From positions 62,001 through 126,000 of the forward strand of contig CAXHJY010001605.1 in assembly GCA_964016885.1 (NCBI GenBank): a stretch of 64,000 bases of DNA, written 5' to 3'. Source of the stretch: Eledone cirrhosa (lineage: Eukaryota). The notes beneath the pieces are model-generated. The model was not told the origin of the DNA and searched no databases. It saw only the letters and a list, made by a program, of their open reading frames with translations. This document shows, one piece after another, positions 28,532 to 42,464 of the stretch (within the stretch, counting starts at the first letter, position 1; the number at the start of each line of letters is the position of its first letter). Made by a program: the position numbers and the translations under genes.

Positions 28532-29205
28532 ATTTATTAATGCATGGACAGTTATATGACCTCCTTTTCAGCCAAGAGACATACCGATACATATGCAAAT
28601 ATTGTGGGTCAACATTCATTACAGAATTTAGAGTGGCAGTACACACTTCGAGATTACATTCATATTAAAAGGTACAATCAAAAATCAAAAATACAGGTTA
28701 AAATACAACATGAAGATAAGCGGTTATATAGTGCAAATGTTATATGTGTGGCAAGCATGTGCGTCTTGTTTATATAGTGTGGCAGAGAGATATGTGTGGT
28801 AGAGGCACTTAGGTAGGTAAACAAGAGTGTTAGGTTGGTAGATCTGGTGGCAAATTCTTTATATGATTGATATAGTCTGTGTGTGGAGAAATGTTATAAG
28901 CATTAAAAATAGTGCAAGCATTAAAAGTGTTAAAAGTATTGGAGATGCACAGCGAAGGGATGTTATGGACTTCATGTACTTCGACATTTTCATGGTCAGG
29001 GGAGTGTATTTTTCGATTATATGCCCCTCACATAATCCACGTCAATTCGATATTGAGCGTTTGACAATCCAGTTAGAGAATCGTAGTTTGATGTTCTTTA
29101 GTTCAATACAGGAGGCTGTTACGTTTCGAGAAACGACATTGAATACCACCCGGTATGTCTCTTGGCTGAAAAGGAGGTCATATAACTGTCCATGCATTAA
29201 TAAAT

Positions 29206-29252
29206 TGCTCCGAAGAATCCAAACCTCGGTTTGGAGGAAACAGCTGTAAGCA
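29206..29252 (+). ncRNA. Hammerhead-like motif, family 1
   Basis: Same 47-nt motif as 5403-5449. Confidence 0.68.
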
Positions 29253-29301
29253 CAATAATGTTTTGAACAGATCTTTGATTCTTATATTTCATATATTTCA
29301 T

Positions 29302-29341
<40 letters not shown>

Positions 29342-29565
29342 CATGCACATATATATATATATAAGCATGGATATATATATATATCTATGCTTATATATAT
29401 ATGTGCATGTGTGTATGTATGTGTGTGTATATATATGTCCCACCCTTGCAAGCCCCTGCTTGCGGACGTAAAATAAAGATGATGATGATATATATATATA
29501 TATATATATCCATGCTTACATATATATGTGCCTGTGTGTATGTGTATATATATATATATATATAT

Positions 29566-29768
29566 AGGCAACACGGTAAAAACCTCCCAGCCCCACACTG
29601 TAAATGTGGTTGGTGTTAGGAAGGGCATCCAGCCGTAGAAAACCCGCCAGACACTCCTATGCGAGCAAGACAACCACTCTTGCCTCAAGAGGGAAAACTC
29701 CTGTCCAAACCCATGCAAGCGTGGAACATGGACGTTAAACGATGATGATGATGATGATGATGATGATA
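29566..29768 (+). mobile_element. RTE 3'-UTR fragment with (GAT)n tail
   Basis: Matches 6756-6947. Confidence 0.8.
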
Positions 29769-29789
29769 TATATATATATACACATAAGC

Positions 29790-30640
29790 ATAGTATCTAA
29801 TGTAAGAAGAGGATGCAAATAGTTGAGGAAGCAAGTACCTCTGTTGACAACAAAAGGTTTGACTCTACGAAAGAAAGGCTGGCTGTGTGTAAAGTGGGAT
29901 GATGCATGTCCAATAAACCCTCTATAATGAGACATGTGAAATATATGGGGGCTAGAGAGTAATGAAGCAAGCATGATAGAATCGAAGTAGAAATCTAATG
30001 TGCATCAACGACAAAGCATGGATGAAATTAGAGAGAGAGGCTGGATATAAGTAGAATCAGATGTTGCGTGTAGAAGAAAAGACTGCTCTGGTATGAACAT
30101 GTGATGTGTAAGGATGATGATCATTGCCAGGAAATCCCAGTGGAAGAGAGCAACAGAAGAGAGAGACAAAAGAAGACCTGGGCAGAGGTTGGGAGAACTG
30201 ACCTAAAATCACTGAAACTTACAGGCGAGTTGACAAAGCAAAAGAAAAAGCTGCAAGAAGAGCTGGATATAACAGGAATAAGATCTTGTGTGCAGGAGAG
30301 AAAGAAAACTGTGTAGGTATGGATGTGTGATGCATCATCATCATCATCATCGTTTAACGTCCATGTTCCACACTTGCATGAGTTTGGACGGGGGTTTTCC
30401 CACTTGAGGCAAGAGTGGTTGTCTTGCTCGCATAGGACTGTCTGGCGGGTTTTCTACAGCTGGATGCCCTTCCTAACACCAACCACATTTACAGTGTGGG
30501 GCTGGGAGGTTTTTACCGTGTTGCCTACACGGCTATAGATGAGGATTGTTGGAGGGAGAAGTACCAAGAAATCCCAGTAGAAGGGAGGGAAACGAAGGAA
30601 GACCTGGGCAAAGGTTGTGACAGCTGATCTCAAATCACCC
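29790..30640 (+). pseudogene. Old degenerate RTE ORF2 C-terminal remnants, interrupted by a minus-strand RTE 3'-UTR fragment (30333-30535)
   Basis: Decayed KGLTLRKKG and R.KKTWAEV motifs with stops and frameshifts. Confidence 0.55.
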
Positions 30641-31245
30641 AAGCTCAAAATTGTGATAATGACAGACTGCAATATTCAACACAGATATACATGGAAAAAT
30701 GGATGCAAAACAGCAATGATGATGATACATATGTATATATATATATATGTGTGTGTGTGTATGTGTGTGTGTTAATATATATGTATATATATGTGTGTGT
30801 ATGTGTGTGTGTATATTCGTTACAAACAACATAAGGTTGAACTGGAAACTTTTCTTTAAAATTCCAAGTAAAATTATAATTCCGTGAAAACACTTTACAT
30901 ATTTCAATGGCCCAGTTTCATGATGCAAGACTTAGATGATTTCATCAGGTGTTGATTGCAGAATTAATTGTATAAACAACATATCATAAATGGTATTTTT
31001 TGTAATGTCTAACCCAAGCTAGCGTCGAAAAATGGATCTTAAACAATGATGATGATATATATGTACAATACACATACACACACACCAGAGAACATGTTTT
31101 TCACCAAATGACACCTGAGAACATGTTTCACCAAATGACACATGAGAACATGTATAAGGTTATGATGTGAGTGCATGTATGTTAAAACTGGATGCATTCT
31201 GTGCAGAAGAGACTAGTTTACTTTCTTTCAGAGGGGGAGATAACT

Positions 31246-31312
<67 letters not shown>

Positions 31313-31672
31313 CATACATACACTCTCAGGTCTCAAATAATCACCCCCAACCCCTTATTAATTTTCCAGATTCTCTAAATGAAGAATTCTGGTTTTTAAA
31401 AAAATCAATGGAGGCAACCTAGAAAAATTACAATTTTTCAAATACTCTACACTTATTCCAGCTCCCCAACACTTATTCCACCCCACCCCTCTACTAAATG
31501 GGAGCCAAGAGTACACATTACAATATAAATTGCTGCTCCAGTCTGGTCCTAGTCCAATGTAACCTGTGAGTCAGTAAAACAGTCCAATACACAGCAAGGT
31601 TAACAATATTTAACCAGACATGTTGAATACGAAACTAATATAGTTGACTCTGTATTCTATGACAGTGACGGC

Positions 31673-32041
31673 TTCTCTCTCTTTCTGTCACAATCTCTCT
31701 CTCTCTCTCTCTCTGTCTCACTCTCTTATTGTCTCTCTCTCTCTCTCTGTTATTGTCTCTCTTTTTTATTGTCTCTCTCTCTCTCTCTCTCTGTTACTGT
31801 CTCTCTGTCTCACTCACTCTCTCTTATTGTCTCTCTCTCTCTCTCTCTGTTATTGTCTCTCTTTTTTATTGTCTCTCTCTCTCTCTCTGTTATTGTCTCT
31901 CTTTTTTATTGTCTCTCTCTCTCTCTCTCTGTTACTGTCTCTCTCTGTCTCACTCACTCTCTCTTATTGTCTCTCTCTCTCTCTCTGTCTCACTCTCTCT
32001 TATTGTCTCTCTCTCTCTCTGTTATTGTCTCTCTTTCTTAT

Positions 32042-32079
<38 letters not shown>

Positions 32080-32200
32080 ACTGTCTCTCTCTCTTATTGT
32101 CTCTATCTCTCCCTATACCTCTCTGACCAGATCTTTATCTCCTTTCCTTCCTCTCTTTTTTATCTCTGTCTCTCTGCCTCTCTGCCTCTCTGTCTCTCTG
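31673..32200. repeat. (CT)n compound microsatellite with ttattgt spacers
   Basis: Direct reading. Confidence 0.93.
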
Positions 32201-32384
32201 TCAATCACGTTCTCCCCCCCCCCCCTCACACACACAAAACAATTACATAAAAACCAAACCAAATTCAGATCAAGAAGCAAATTGATAAATCAATAAAAAA
32301 AAAAATCAATCAATCAATCAATCATTCAATCAATCAATCAATAAACGAGTGAGATCAATAGAGAGATCAATAAAGGTGACTTAC

Positions 32385-32464
32385 CAACTTCCTTGGCGAC
32401 GGTGGAGGCAGTGATGTCATCAACATCTGGACTAATACGAAAGGTGATTTGACCATTGTTAAGT
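32385..32464 (-). CDS. PTPRN2: Next internal coding exon (80 bp) of the same IA-2/PTPRN-family gene
   Basis: Minus strand reads ctattccag|ACTTAACAAT...GGAAGTTG|gtaagt. It is phase-compatible with the 87-bp exon (AG+A=Arg) and gives LNNGQITFRISPDVDDITASTVAKEV, comparable to the IA-2 family G-x-x-x-TF[RK][IV] motif. Confidence 0.8.
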
Positions 32465-32741
32465 CTGGAATAGATACAAGATTTATTGTAAAAATGGTGA
32501 CGAGAATAGCAAGGGCTCTCGGGTCACAGAAGAATGGGGAGGGGGAAGGGGTGGGTGATTGGCTCTAGCCCTAGGGCACGGTGGTGTTGGGACTGCAACC
32601 ACGGACAATGGCCAGTAACACCCACTACAACAGCCACCCCACCTCACGGGGCTCCTTCCTCAGACAGGCTGCCGACGTTCTGACCTTGTGGAGGAGCTCG
32701 GCAGTACAGGGTCCAAGTATGTCTGAGGTTTCCCTAACACT

Positions 32742-35700
32742 CCACTGTAAAGTGGTCGAGGAGGTGCCACGGCAAAAAAGCACCCAGCCCACACTGTAAA
32801 GTGGTCGAGGAGATGCCACGGCAAAAAAGCACCCAGCCCACACTGTAAAGTGGTCGAGGAGGTGCCACAGCAAAAAAGCACCCAGCCCACACTGTAAAGT
32901 GGTCGTGGAGGTGCCACGGCAAAAAAGCACCCAGCCCACACTGTAAAGTGGTCGTGGAGGTGCCACGGCAAAAAAGCACCCAGCCCACACTGTAAAGTGG
33001 TCGAGGAGGTGCCACGGCAAAAAAGCGCTCAGCCCACACTGTAAAGTGGTCGTGGAGGTGCCACGGCAAAAAAGCACCCAGCCCACACTGTAAAGTGGTC
33101 GAGGAGATGCCACGGCAAAAAAGCACCCAGCCCACACTGTAAAGTGGTCGAGGAGGTGCCACGGCAAAAAAGCACCCAGCCCACACTGTAAAGTGGTCGA
33201 GGAGGTGCCACGGCAAAAAAGCACTCAGCCCACACTGTAAAGTGGTCGAGGAGGTGCCACGGCAAAAAAGCACCCAGCCCACACTGTAAAGTGGTCGAGG
33301 AGGTGCCACGGCAAAAAAGCACCCAGCCCACACTGTAAAGTGGTCGTGGAGGTGCCACGGCAAAAAAGCACCCAGCCCACACTGTAAAGTGGTCGAGGAG
33401 ATGCCACGGCAAAAAAGCACTCAGCCCACACTGTAAAGTGGTCGAGGAGGTGCCACGGCAAAAAAGCACCCAGCCCACACTGTAAAGTGGTCGAGGAGGT
33501 GCCACGGCAAAAAAGCACCCAGCCCACACTGTAAAGTGGTCGTGGAGGTGCCACGGCAAAAAAGCACTCAGCCCACACTGTAAAGTGGTCGAGGAGGTGC
33601 CACAGCAAAAAAGCACCCAGCCCACACAGTAAAGTGGTCATGGAGGTTCCACGGCAAAAAAGCACCCAGCCCACACTGTAAAGTGGTCGTGGAGGTGCCA
33701 CGGCAAAAAAGCACCCAGCCCACACTGTAAAGTGGTCGAGGAGGTGCCACGGCAAAAAAGCACCCAGTCCACACTGTAAAGTGGTCGAGGAGGTGCCACG
33801 GCAAAAAAGCACCCAGCCCACACTGTAAAGTGGTCGTGGAGGTGCCACGGCAAAAAAGCACCCAGCCCACACTGTAAAGTGGTCGTGGAGGTGCCACGGC
33901 AAAAAAGCACCCAGCCCACACTGTAAAGTGGTCGAGGAGGTGTCACGGCAAAAAAGCACTCAGCCCACACTGTAAAGTGGTTGAGGAGGTTCCACGGCAA
34001 AAAAGCACTCAGCCCACACTGTAAAGTGGTCGAGGAGGTGCCACGGCAAAAAAGCACCCAGCCCACACTGTAACGTGGTCATGGAGGTTCCACAGCAAAA
34101 AAGCACCCAGCCCACACTGTAAAGTGGTCGTGGAGGTGCCACGGCAAAAAAGCACCCAGCCCACACTGTAAAGTGGTCGAGGAGGTGCCACGGCAAAAAA
34201 GCACCCAGTCCACAATGTAAAGTGTTCGAGGAGGTGTTACGGCAAAAAAGCACCCAGCCCACACTGTAAAGTGGTCGTGGAGGTGCCACGGCAAAAAAGC
34301 ACTCAGCCCACACTGTAAAGTAGTCGAGGAGGTGCCACGGCAAAAAAGCACCCAGCCCACACTGTAAAGAGGTCGAGGAGGTGCCACGGCAAAAAAGCAC
34401 TCAGCCCACACTGTAAAGTGGTCGAGGAGGTGCCACGGCAAAAAAGCACCCAGCCCACACTGTAAAGTGGTCGAGGAGGTGCCACGGCAAAAAAGCACCC
34501 AGCCCACACTGTAAAGTGGTCGAGGAGGTGCCACGGCAAAAAAGCACCCAGCCCACACTGTAAAGTGGTCGAGGAGGTTCCACAGCAAAAAAGCACTCAG
34601 CCCACACTGTAAAGTGGTCGAGGAGGTGCCACAGCAAAAAAGCACCCAGCCCACACTGTAAAGTGGTCGTGGAGGTGCCACGGCAAAAAAGCACCCAGCT
34701 CACACTGTAAAGTGGTCGAGGAGGTGCCACGGCAAAAAAGCACTCAGCCCACACTGTAAAGTGGTCGAGGAGGTGCCACGGCAAAAAAGCACCCAGCCCA
34801 CACTGTAAAGTGGTCGAGGAGGTGCCACGGCAAAAAAGCACTCAGCCCACACTGTAAAGTGGTCGAGGAGGTGCCACGGCAAAAAAGCACCCAGCCCACA
34901 CTGTAAAGTGGTCGTGGAGGTGCCACGGCAAAAAAGCACCCAGCTCACACTGTAAAGTGGTCGAGGAGGTGCCACGGCAAAAAAGCACTCAGCCCACACT
35001 GTAAAGTGGTCGAGGAGGTGCCACGGCAAAAAAGCACCCAGCCCACACTGTAAAGTGGTCATGGAGGTTCCACAGCAAAAAAGCACTCAGCCCACACTGT
35101 AAAGTGGTCGAGGAGGTGCCACAGCAAAAAAGCACCCAGCCCACACTGTAAAGTGGTCATGGAGGTTCCACAGCAAAAAAGCACTCAGCCCACACTGTAA
35201 AGTGGTCGAGGAGGTGCCACAGCAAAAAAGCACCCAGCCCACACTGTAAAGTGGTCGAGGAGGTGTCACGGCAAAAAAGCACCCAGCCCACACTGTAAAG
35301 TGGTCGAGGAGGTGTCACGGCAAAAAAGCACTCAGCCCACACTGTAAAGTGGTTGAGGAGGTTCCACGGCAAAAAAGCACTCAGCCCACACTGTAAAGTG
35401 GTTGAGGAGGTGTCACGGCAAAAAAGCACCGAGCCCACACTGTAACGTGGTCATGGAGGTTCCACAGCAAAAAAGCACCCAGCCCACACTGTAAAGTGGT
35501 CGTGGAGGTGCCACGGCAAAAAAGCACCCAGCCCACACTGTAAAGTGGTCGAGGAGGTGCCACGGCAAAAAAGCACCCAGTCCACACTGTAAAGTGGTCG
35601 AGGAGGTGCCACGGCAAAAAAGCACCCAGCCCACACTGTAAAGTGGTCGTGGAGGTGCCACGGCAAAAAAGCACCCAGCTCACACTGTAAAGTGGTCGAG

Positions 35701-36985
35701 GAGGTGCCATGGCAAAAAAGCACCCAGCCCACACTGTAAAGTGGTCGAGGAGGTGCCATGGCAAAAAAGCACCCAGCCCACACTGTAAAGTGGTCATGGA
35801 GGTTCCACAGCAAAAAAGCACTCAGCCCACACTGTAAAGTGGTCGAGGAGGTGCCACAGCAAAAAAGCACCCAGTCCACACTGTAAAGTGGTCGAGGAGG
35901 TGTCACGGCAAAAAAGCACCCAGCCCACACTATAAAGTGGGTATGGAGGTGCCACGGCAAAAAAGCACTCAGCCCACACTGTAAAGTGGTTGAGGAGGTT
36001 CCACGGCAAAAAAGCACCCAGCCCACACTGTAACGTGGTCATGGAGGTTCCACAGCAAAAAAGCACCCAGCCCACACTGTAAAGTGGTCGTGGAGGTGCC
36101 ACGGCAAAAAAGCACCCAGCCCACACTGTAAAGTGGTCGTGGAGGTGCCACGGCAAAAAAGCACCCAGTTCACACTGTAAAGTGGTCGAGGAGGTGCCAC
36201 GGCAAAAAAGCACTCAGCCCACACTGTAAAGTGGTCGAGGAGGTGCCACGGCAAAAAAGCACCCAGCCCACACTGTAAAGTGGTTGTGGAGGTGCCACGG
36301 CAAAAAAGCACCCAGCCCACACTGTAAAGTGGTCGAGGAGGTGCCACGGCAAAAAAGCACCCAGTCCACAATGTAAAGTGGTCGAGGAGGTGTCACGGCA
36401 AAAAAGCACCCAGCCCACACTGTAAAGTGGTCGTGGAGGTGCCACGGCAAAAAAGCACCCAGCCCACACTGTAAAGTGGTCGAGGAGGTGCCACGGCAAA
36501 AAAGCACCCAGCACACACTGTAAAGTGGTCGAGGAGGTTCCACAGCAAAAAAGCACTCAGCCCACACTGTAAAGTGGTCGAGGAGGTGCCACAGCTAAAA
36601 AGCACCCAGCCCACACTGTAAAGTGGTCGTGGAGGTGCCACGGCAAAAAAGCACCCAGCCCACACTGTAAAGTGGTCGAGGAGGTGCCACGGCAAAAAAG
36701 CACCCAGCCCACACTGTAAAGTGGTCGAGGAGGTTCCACAGCAAAAAAGCACTCAGCCCACACTGTAAAGTGGTCGAGGAGGTGCCACAGCAAAAAAGCA
36801 CCCAGCCCACACTGTAAAGTAGTCGAGGAGGTGTCACGGCAAAAGAGCACTCAGCCCACACTGTAAAGTGGTTGAGGAGGTTCCACGGCAAAAAAGCACT
36901 CAGCCCACACTGTAAAGTGGTCATGGAGGCGCAACGGAAAAAAAGCACCCAGCCCACACTGTAAATGAGGTTGGTGTAGGAAGGG
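32742..36985 (+). repeat. 49-bp tandem satellite, about 86 copies, derived from the SINE A internal segment
   Basis: Unit cactgtaaagtggtcgaggaggtgccacggcaaaaaagcacccagccca; runs out into SINE A sequence (taaatgaggttggtg). Confidence 0.96.
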
Positions 36986-37270
36986 AATTATCGGATTGAC
37001 AGTATTGGTAGAGAGTCGGACGCCATCCTTCCAGCGTAGAGTTACGTCCCTTTACGGACTGAGTTCAAATCCTGCAATTGGATTGCATTCAGAGGTGGTA
37101 TGGCAAGATGAACACTCGATGCTCTTCAGGAACAGAGTATCGATAATAATTGTTTCTAGTTTTGGCACAAGGCCAGCAATAACCCATTACATTACTGGTA
37201 CTTTATTTTATCGACCCCGTAAGGATGAAAGACAAAGTTAACCTCAGCGGGATTTGAACTCAGAGGTAGT

Positions 37271-37570
37271 AAAGAATCAGTGTTACATGATATCATCATC
37301 ATTGTTTAACGTCTATCTTCCACGCTAGCATGGGTTATACATATCTAATTATTACACATTACATATGTTTCTCTGCTGATCAGCTCGAGGAAAGATTGAT
37401 TATGTTCGTTCCTGACTCTGGAATCGGAAGCTCCTCAGATATGTGTTCACATGTAGACTCACGTTGAAATGTCAGGAATGAACACCATTGATCATTCCTC
37501 GAGCCGTTCGGCAGTGAAACATATGTAATATGTAATTAAATATGTAAATCATGCAACACTGATTCTTTGT
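37271..37570. mobile_element. Degenerate palindromic element with a GAAAC-atat-GTA hammerhead-like half
   Basis: aaagaatcagtgttacatga/tcatgcaacactgattcttt and ttacatatgtttc...ctcgagga/tcctcgag...gaaacatatgtaa inverted pairs; related to 61404-61573. Confidence 0.5.
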
Positions 37571-37584
37571 TTCCGAATTATTTT

Positions 37585-37850
37585 ATCATCATCATCATCA
37601 TCACCGTTTTACGTCCGTTCTTCCACGCTAGCATGGGTTAGACGGGTTGTCCTGTTGTGGGCAGTGTCTGTTCGGCTGACCATGCCTTGCTCATACAGGA
37701 ACTGATCTGGCTTGATTTCTACAGCTGGATGCCCTTCCTAACACCCACCTCATTTACAGTGAGTGCTGGGTGCTTTTTCGTGACGCCTACACGTCCACTT
37801 TACAGTGTGGGCTGGGTGCTTTTTTGCCGTGGCACCTCCACGACCACCTT
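37585..37850 (-). mobile_element. SINE A variant 3' part with an alternative tail
   Basis: The tail ccgtctaacccatgctagcgtg is also seen at 41860. Confidence 0.75.
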
Positions 37851-38351
37851 GCGGTGGGGGGGGGGGCATATTGTTTATATATATATATATGATATGTATA
37901 TATGATATATGATAGATATAAACAGATAAAATAAAGATGGCGTAGATATACAATAGAACAGAAGGAACATAATAGCACCACTGACGATGTTACAGATGTG
38001 CAACGAAAGAACTTTGTTAGACTATATATATGTGTTTGTGTCTATATTATATCTGTATTTTTGACCATTGGTCAGTCAATGGTAAACATTGAGGACCGAA
38101 TAAATTAACTGATATAAAAGATACAGAAGCGAAATCCAACCAAACAGTGAGTGTGTTATTAATTCTGGCAATATTATTACAATATGGGCGGTGAATTGGC
38201 AGTATCGGTAGAGGGTCGGACACCATGCTTTAACATATAGAGTTACGCCCCTTGTCCACCGGCGAAACAATTGTAACACACAATAAATTGAGTTCAGATG
38301 CATCACTGATTTTTCGTTTTATATTATATATATATACATACATCACACACA

Positions 38352-38558
38352 CTCCAGTTTACTCAGCTGTAGAAATGAGATGATAGGGACTGGGGTACCT
38401 ATCATTCCACTGTGAAGGTGCCATGGCAAAAAAGCACCCAGCACTCACTGTAAATGAGGTTGGTGTTAGGAAGGGCATCCAGCTGTAGAAATCAAGCCAG
38501 AATCAGTTCCTGTCCCACCCTTGCAAGCAGGGAAAAGCAGACGTGATGATGATGATGA
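38352..38558 (+). mobile_element. 5'-truncated SINE A
   Basis: Matches 12214-12440. Confidence 0.82.
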
Positions 38559-38927
38559 TACATCACACACACACATATTGTACCAGTAATAATCACCAAC
38601 ATCACAATATTTGAACATTCAGTTAACTGCTCCCACCCGTCCATCAAGCACTCCACCCTGCCAGAGACCTTCAACACACCTCCCTTCTTTGGCCACACCC
38701 AACCCTGTGACCTTAAAACTTCCCCTTCCCCCAACCTCTCTTCTTCTTCCCCTGTCTTCCTCTATCTCCCCCCCCTCTCTTATTCTTCTTACTCAAGTCA
38801 AAAGGGTTGTGTAAATTGACTAAGGTTCTTCCTACTTCTAAACAATATGGAAGCCAAGCCATTTCCTCTGCCCACCGGCAGTCTCATGTAATGACAGCCA
38901 CGCTGATGGTATTACATTCTGCTCTCA

Positions 38928-40440
38928 TACACACACACAGAAGACACAGATACACACACACACACACAGGTGACACAGATACACACACACACACATACAG
39001 AAGACACAGATACACACACACAGAAGACACACACAGAAGACACAGATACACACACACAGAAGACACACACAGAAGACACAGATACACACACACACACACA
39101 CACAGAAGACACAGATACACACACACACACACAGAAGACACAGATACACACACACACACAGGTGACACAGATACACACACACAGAAGACACACACACACA
39201 GAAGACACACACAGACAGAAGACACACACAGACAGAAGACACACACAGACAGAAGACACACACACATACAGAAGACACAGATACACACACACAGAAGACA
39301 CACACACACACACACACACAGGTGACACAGATACATACACACAGAAGACACACAGAGACAGAAGACACACACAGACAGAAGACACACACACAGACAGAAG
39401 ACACACACACACACAGAAGACACAGATACACACACACAGAAGACACAGATACACACACACAGAAGACACAGATACACACACACACAGACAGAAGACACAC
39501 ACACACACAGAAGACACACACAGAAGATACACACACACACAGAAGACACACACACACAGAAGACACACACACACACAGAAGATACACACACACACAGACA
39601 GAAGACACACACACACACACAGAAGACACACACAGACAGAAGACACAGATACACACACACACACACACAGGTGACACAGATACACACACACACAGAAGAT
39701 ACACACACACAAAAGACACACACAGACAGAAGACACCGATACACATACACACACACACAGACAGAAGACACCGATACACATACACACACAGACAGAAGAC
39801 ACAGATACACACACACAGAAGACACACACAGACAGAAGACACACACACACAGAAGACACACACAGACAGAAGACACACACACACAGAAGACACACACACA
39901 CAGAAGACACACACAGACAGAAGACACACACACACAGAAGACACACACACACAGAAGACACACACAGACAGAAGACACACACACACAGAAGATACACACA
40001 CACAGAAGATACACACACACAGAAGACACACACAGACACAGAAGACACAGATACACACACACAGGTGACACAGATACACACACAGAGACATACACACAGA
40101 CACACATACAGACACACACACAGACATACACACATACTTACACACAAACACAGACATACACACACACACACACACACAAAAACACAGACATACACACACA
40201 AACACACACACACACACAGAAACACACAGACATACAGACAGACACACACAGACACACACATATACATACACAGACTTACACACAAACACACTTACACACA
40301 CATACTTACATACAAACACATTCACAGACACACAAAACACAAACACACACATACACACAACACACATACACACACACACAAACACACAACACACATACAC
40401 ACAAACACTCAGACTGGCACATTGCGAGATACATACACAG
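38928..40440. repeat. (CA)n-gaaga compound minisatellite
   Basis: acacagaagacacagatacacac units. Confidence 0.93.
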
Positions 40441-40582
40441 GACAGAAACAACAACAACAACAACATTAACAGGAATAATAGTTTCTGATTTTAGGCACAA
40501 GGCCAACAATTTTGTGGGGAGGAGAAAGTCGGTGGAATGAACCCCAGTACATTACTGGTACTTTATATCATTGACCCTGTAA

Positions 40583-41905
40583 GCACATGGCCAAGTGGTT
40601 AGAGCATTGGGCTTGCAATCGAAAGGTTGTGAGTTCAATTCTCAGACCGGGTGACGTGTTGTTTCCTTGAGCAAGACACTTTATTTCACATTGCTCTAGT
40701 TTACTCAGCTGTAGAAATGAGATGATAGGGACTGGGGTCCCTATCATTCCACTGCAAAGTGGTCGTGGAGGTGCCACGGCAAAAAAGCACCCAGCCCACA
40801 CTGTAAATTGGTCGTGGAGGTGCGATGGCAAAAAAGCACCCAGCCCACACTGTAAATTGGTCGTGGAGGTGCGATGGCAAAAAAGCACCCAGCCCACACT
40901 GTAAATTGGTCGTGGAGGTGCGATGGCAAAAAAGCACCCAGCCCACACTGTAAATTGGTCGTGGAGGTGCGACGGCAAAAAAGCACCCAGCCCACACTGT
41001 AAATTGGTCGTGGAGGTGCGATGGCAAAAAAGCACCCAGCCCACACTGTAAATTGGTCGTGGAGGTGCGATGGCAAAAAAGCACCCAGCCCACACTGTAA
41101 ATTGGTCGTGGAGGTGCGACGGCAAAAAAAATCACCCAGCCCACACTGTAAATTGGTCGTGTAGGTGCCACGGAAAAAGAAGCACCCAGCCCACACTGTA
41201 AATTGGTCATGGAGGTGCCACGGAAAAAAAAGCACCCAGCCCACACTGTAAAGTGGATGTGGAGGTGCCACGGAAAAAGAAGCACCCAGCCCACACTGTA
41301 AAGTGGTCGTGTAGGTGTCACGGAAAAAGAAGCACCCAGCCCACACTGTAAAGTGGTCGTGTAGGTGCCACGGAAAAAGAAGCACCCAGCCCACACTGTA
41401 AAATGGTCGTGTAGGTGCCACGGAAAAAGAAGCACCCAGCCCACACTGTAAAGTGGTCGTGTAGGTGCCACGGAAAAAGAAGCACCCAGCCCACACTGTA
41501 AAGTGGATGTGAAGGTGCCACGGAAAAAGAAGCACCCAGCCCACACTGTAAAGTGGTCGTGTAGGTGTCACGGAAAAAGAAGCACCCAGCCCACACTGTA
41601 AAGTGGTCGTGTAGGTGTCACGGAAAAAGAAGCACCCAGCCCACACTGTAAAATGGTCGTGTAGGTGCCACGGAAAAAGAAGCAGCCAGCCCACACTGTA
41701 AAATGGTCGTGTAGGTGTCACGGAAAAAGAAGCACCCAGCACTCACTGTAAATGAGGTTGGTGTTAGGAAGGGCATCCAGCTGTAGAAATCAAGCCAGAA
41801 TCAGTTCTCGTATGAGCAAGACAAGGTCAGCCGACCGGACACTGCCCACAACAGGACAACCCGTCTAACCCATGCTAGCGTGAAAGAACGGACGTAAAAA
41901 CGGTG
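40583..41905 (+). mobile_element. SINE A with an internal 49/50-bp unit expanded about 20 times
   Basis: Intact head at 40583-40750, array at 40750-41745, then tail. Confidence 0.92.
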
Positions 41906-42049
41906 ATGATGATAGTGATAATCATGATGATGATGATGATGATTATGGTGATTATTATGCTGGTGATGATGGTGATGACATTGGTGATGATTATGATGAT
42001 GATGATGATGATGATGATGATAGTGATGATGATGATGATGATAGTGATG

Positions 42050-42099
<50 letters not shown>

Positions 42100-42312
42100 G
42101 ATGGTGATGATGGTGATGGTGATGATGATGGTGATGATGGTGGTGATGATGATGATTATTATGATGGTGATAGTGATGATGATGATGATGGTGATGATGG
42201 TGATGGTGATGGTGATGATGACAATGATGATGATTATTATGGTGATGATGATGATGATGATGATGATGACAATGGTGGTGCTGATGGTGATGGTGATGAT
42301 GATGACGATGAC
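41905..42312. repeat. (GAT/GGT)n microsatellite grown from the SINE tail
   Basis: Direct reading. Confidence 0.93.
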
Positions 42313-42464
42313 AATAGAATGGTGGAATGAGACAGCGAAGGTGAGGCCTTCAGCAGAATTGTACGGCCAACACTTCAAATGGGTGAAAACCTTCAAGAAT
42401 CAAAACAATTTAAAGCAATGGCCACAACAACAACAACAACAACAACAAAAACAACAACAACAAC

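Larger units (their letters stand above)
28277..29295 (-). mobile_element. Second Penelope-like family 1 copy with a short inverted arm
   Basis: 28277-29150 is a diverged reverse complement of about 4780-5655. 29153-29295 is an inverted copy of about 28445-28585. (TA)n flanks. Confidence 0.7.

Noticed and set aside
37981-38020. CTGACGA...CGAAA hammerhead-like core
   Set aside because: No convincing stem III with NUH, nor a stem I, could be formed
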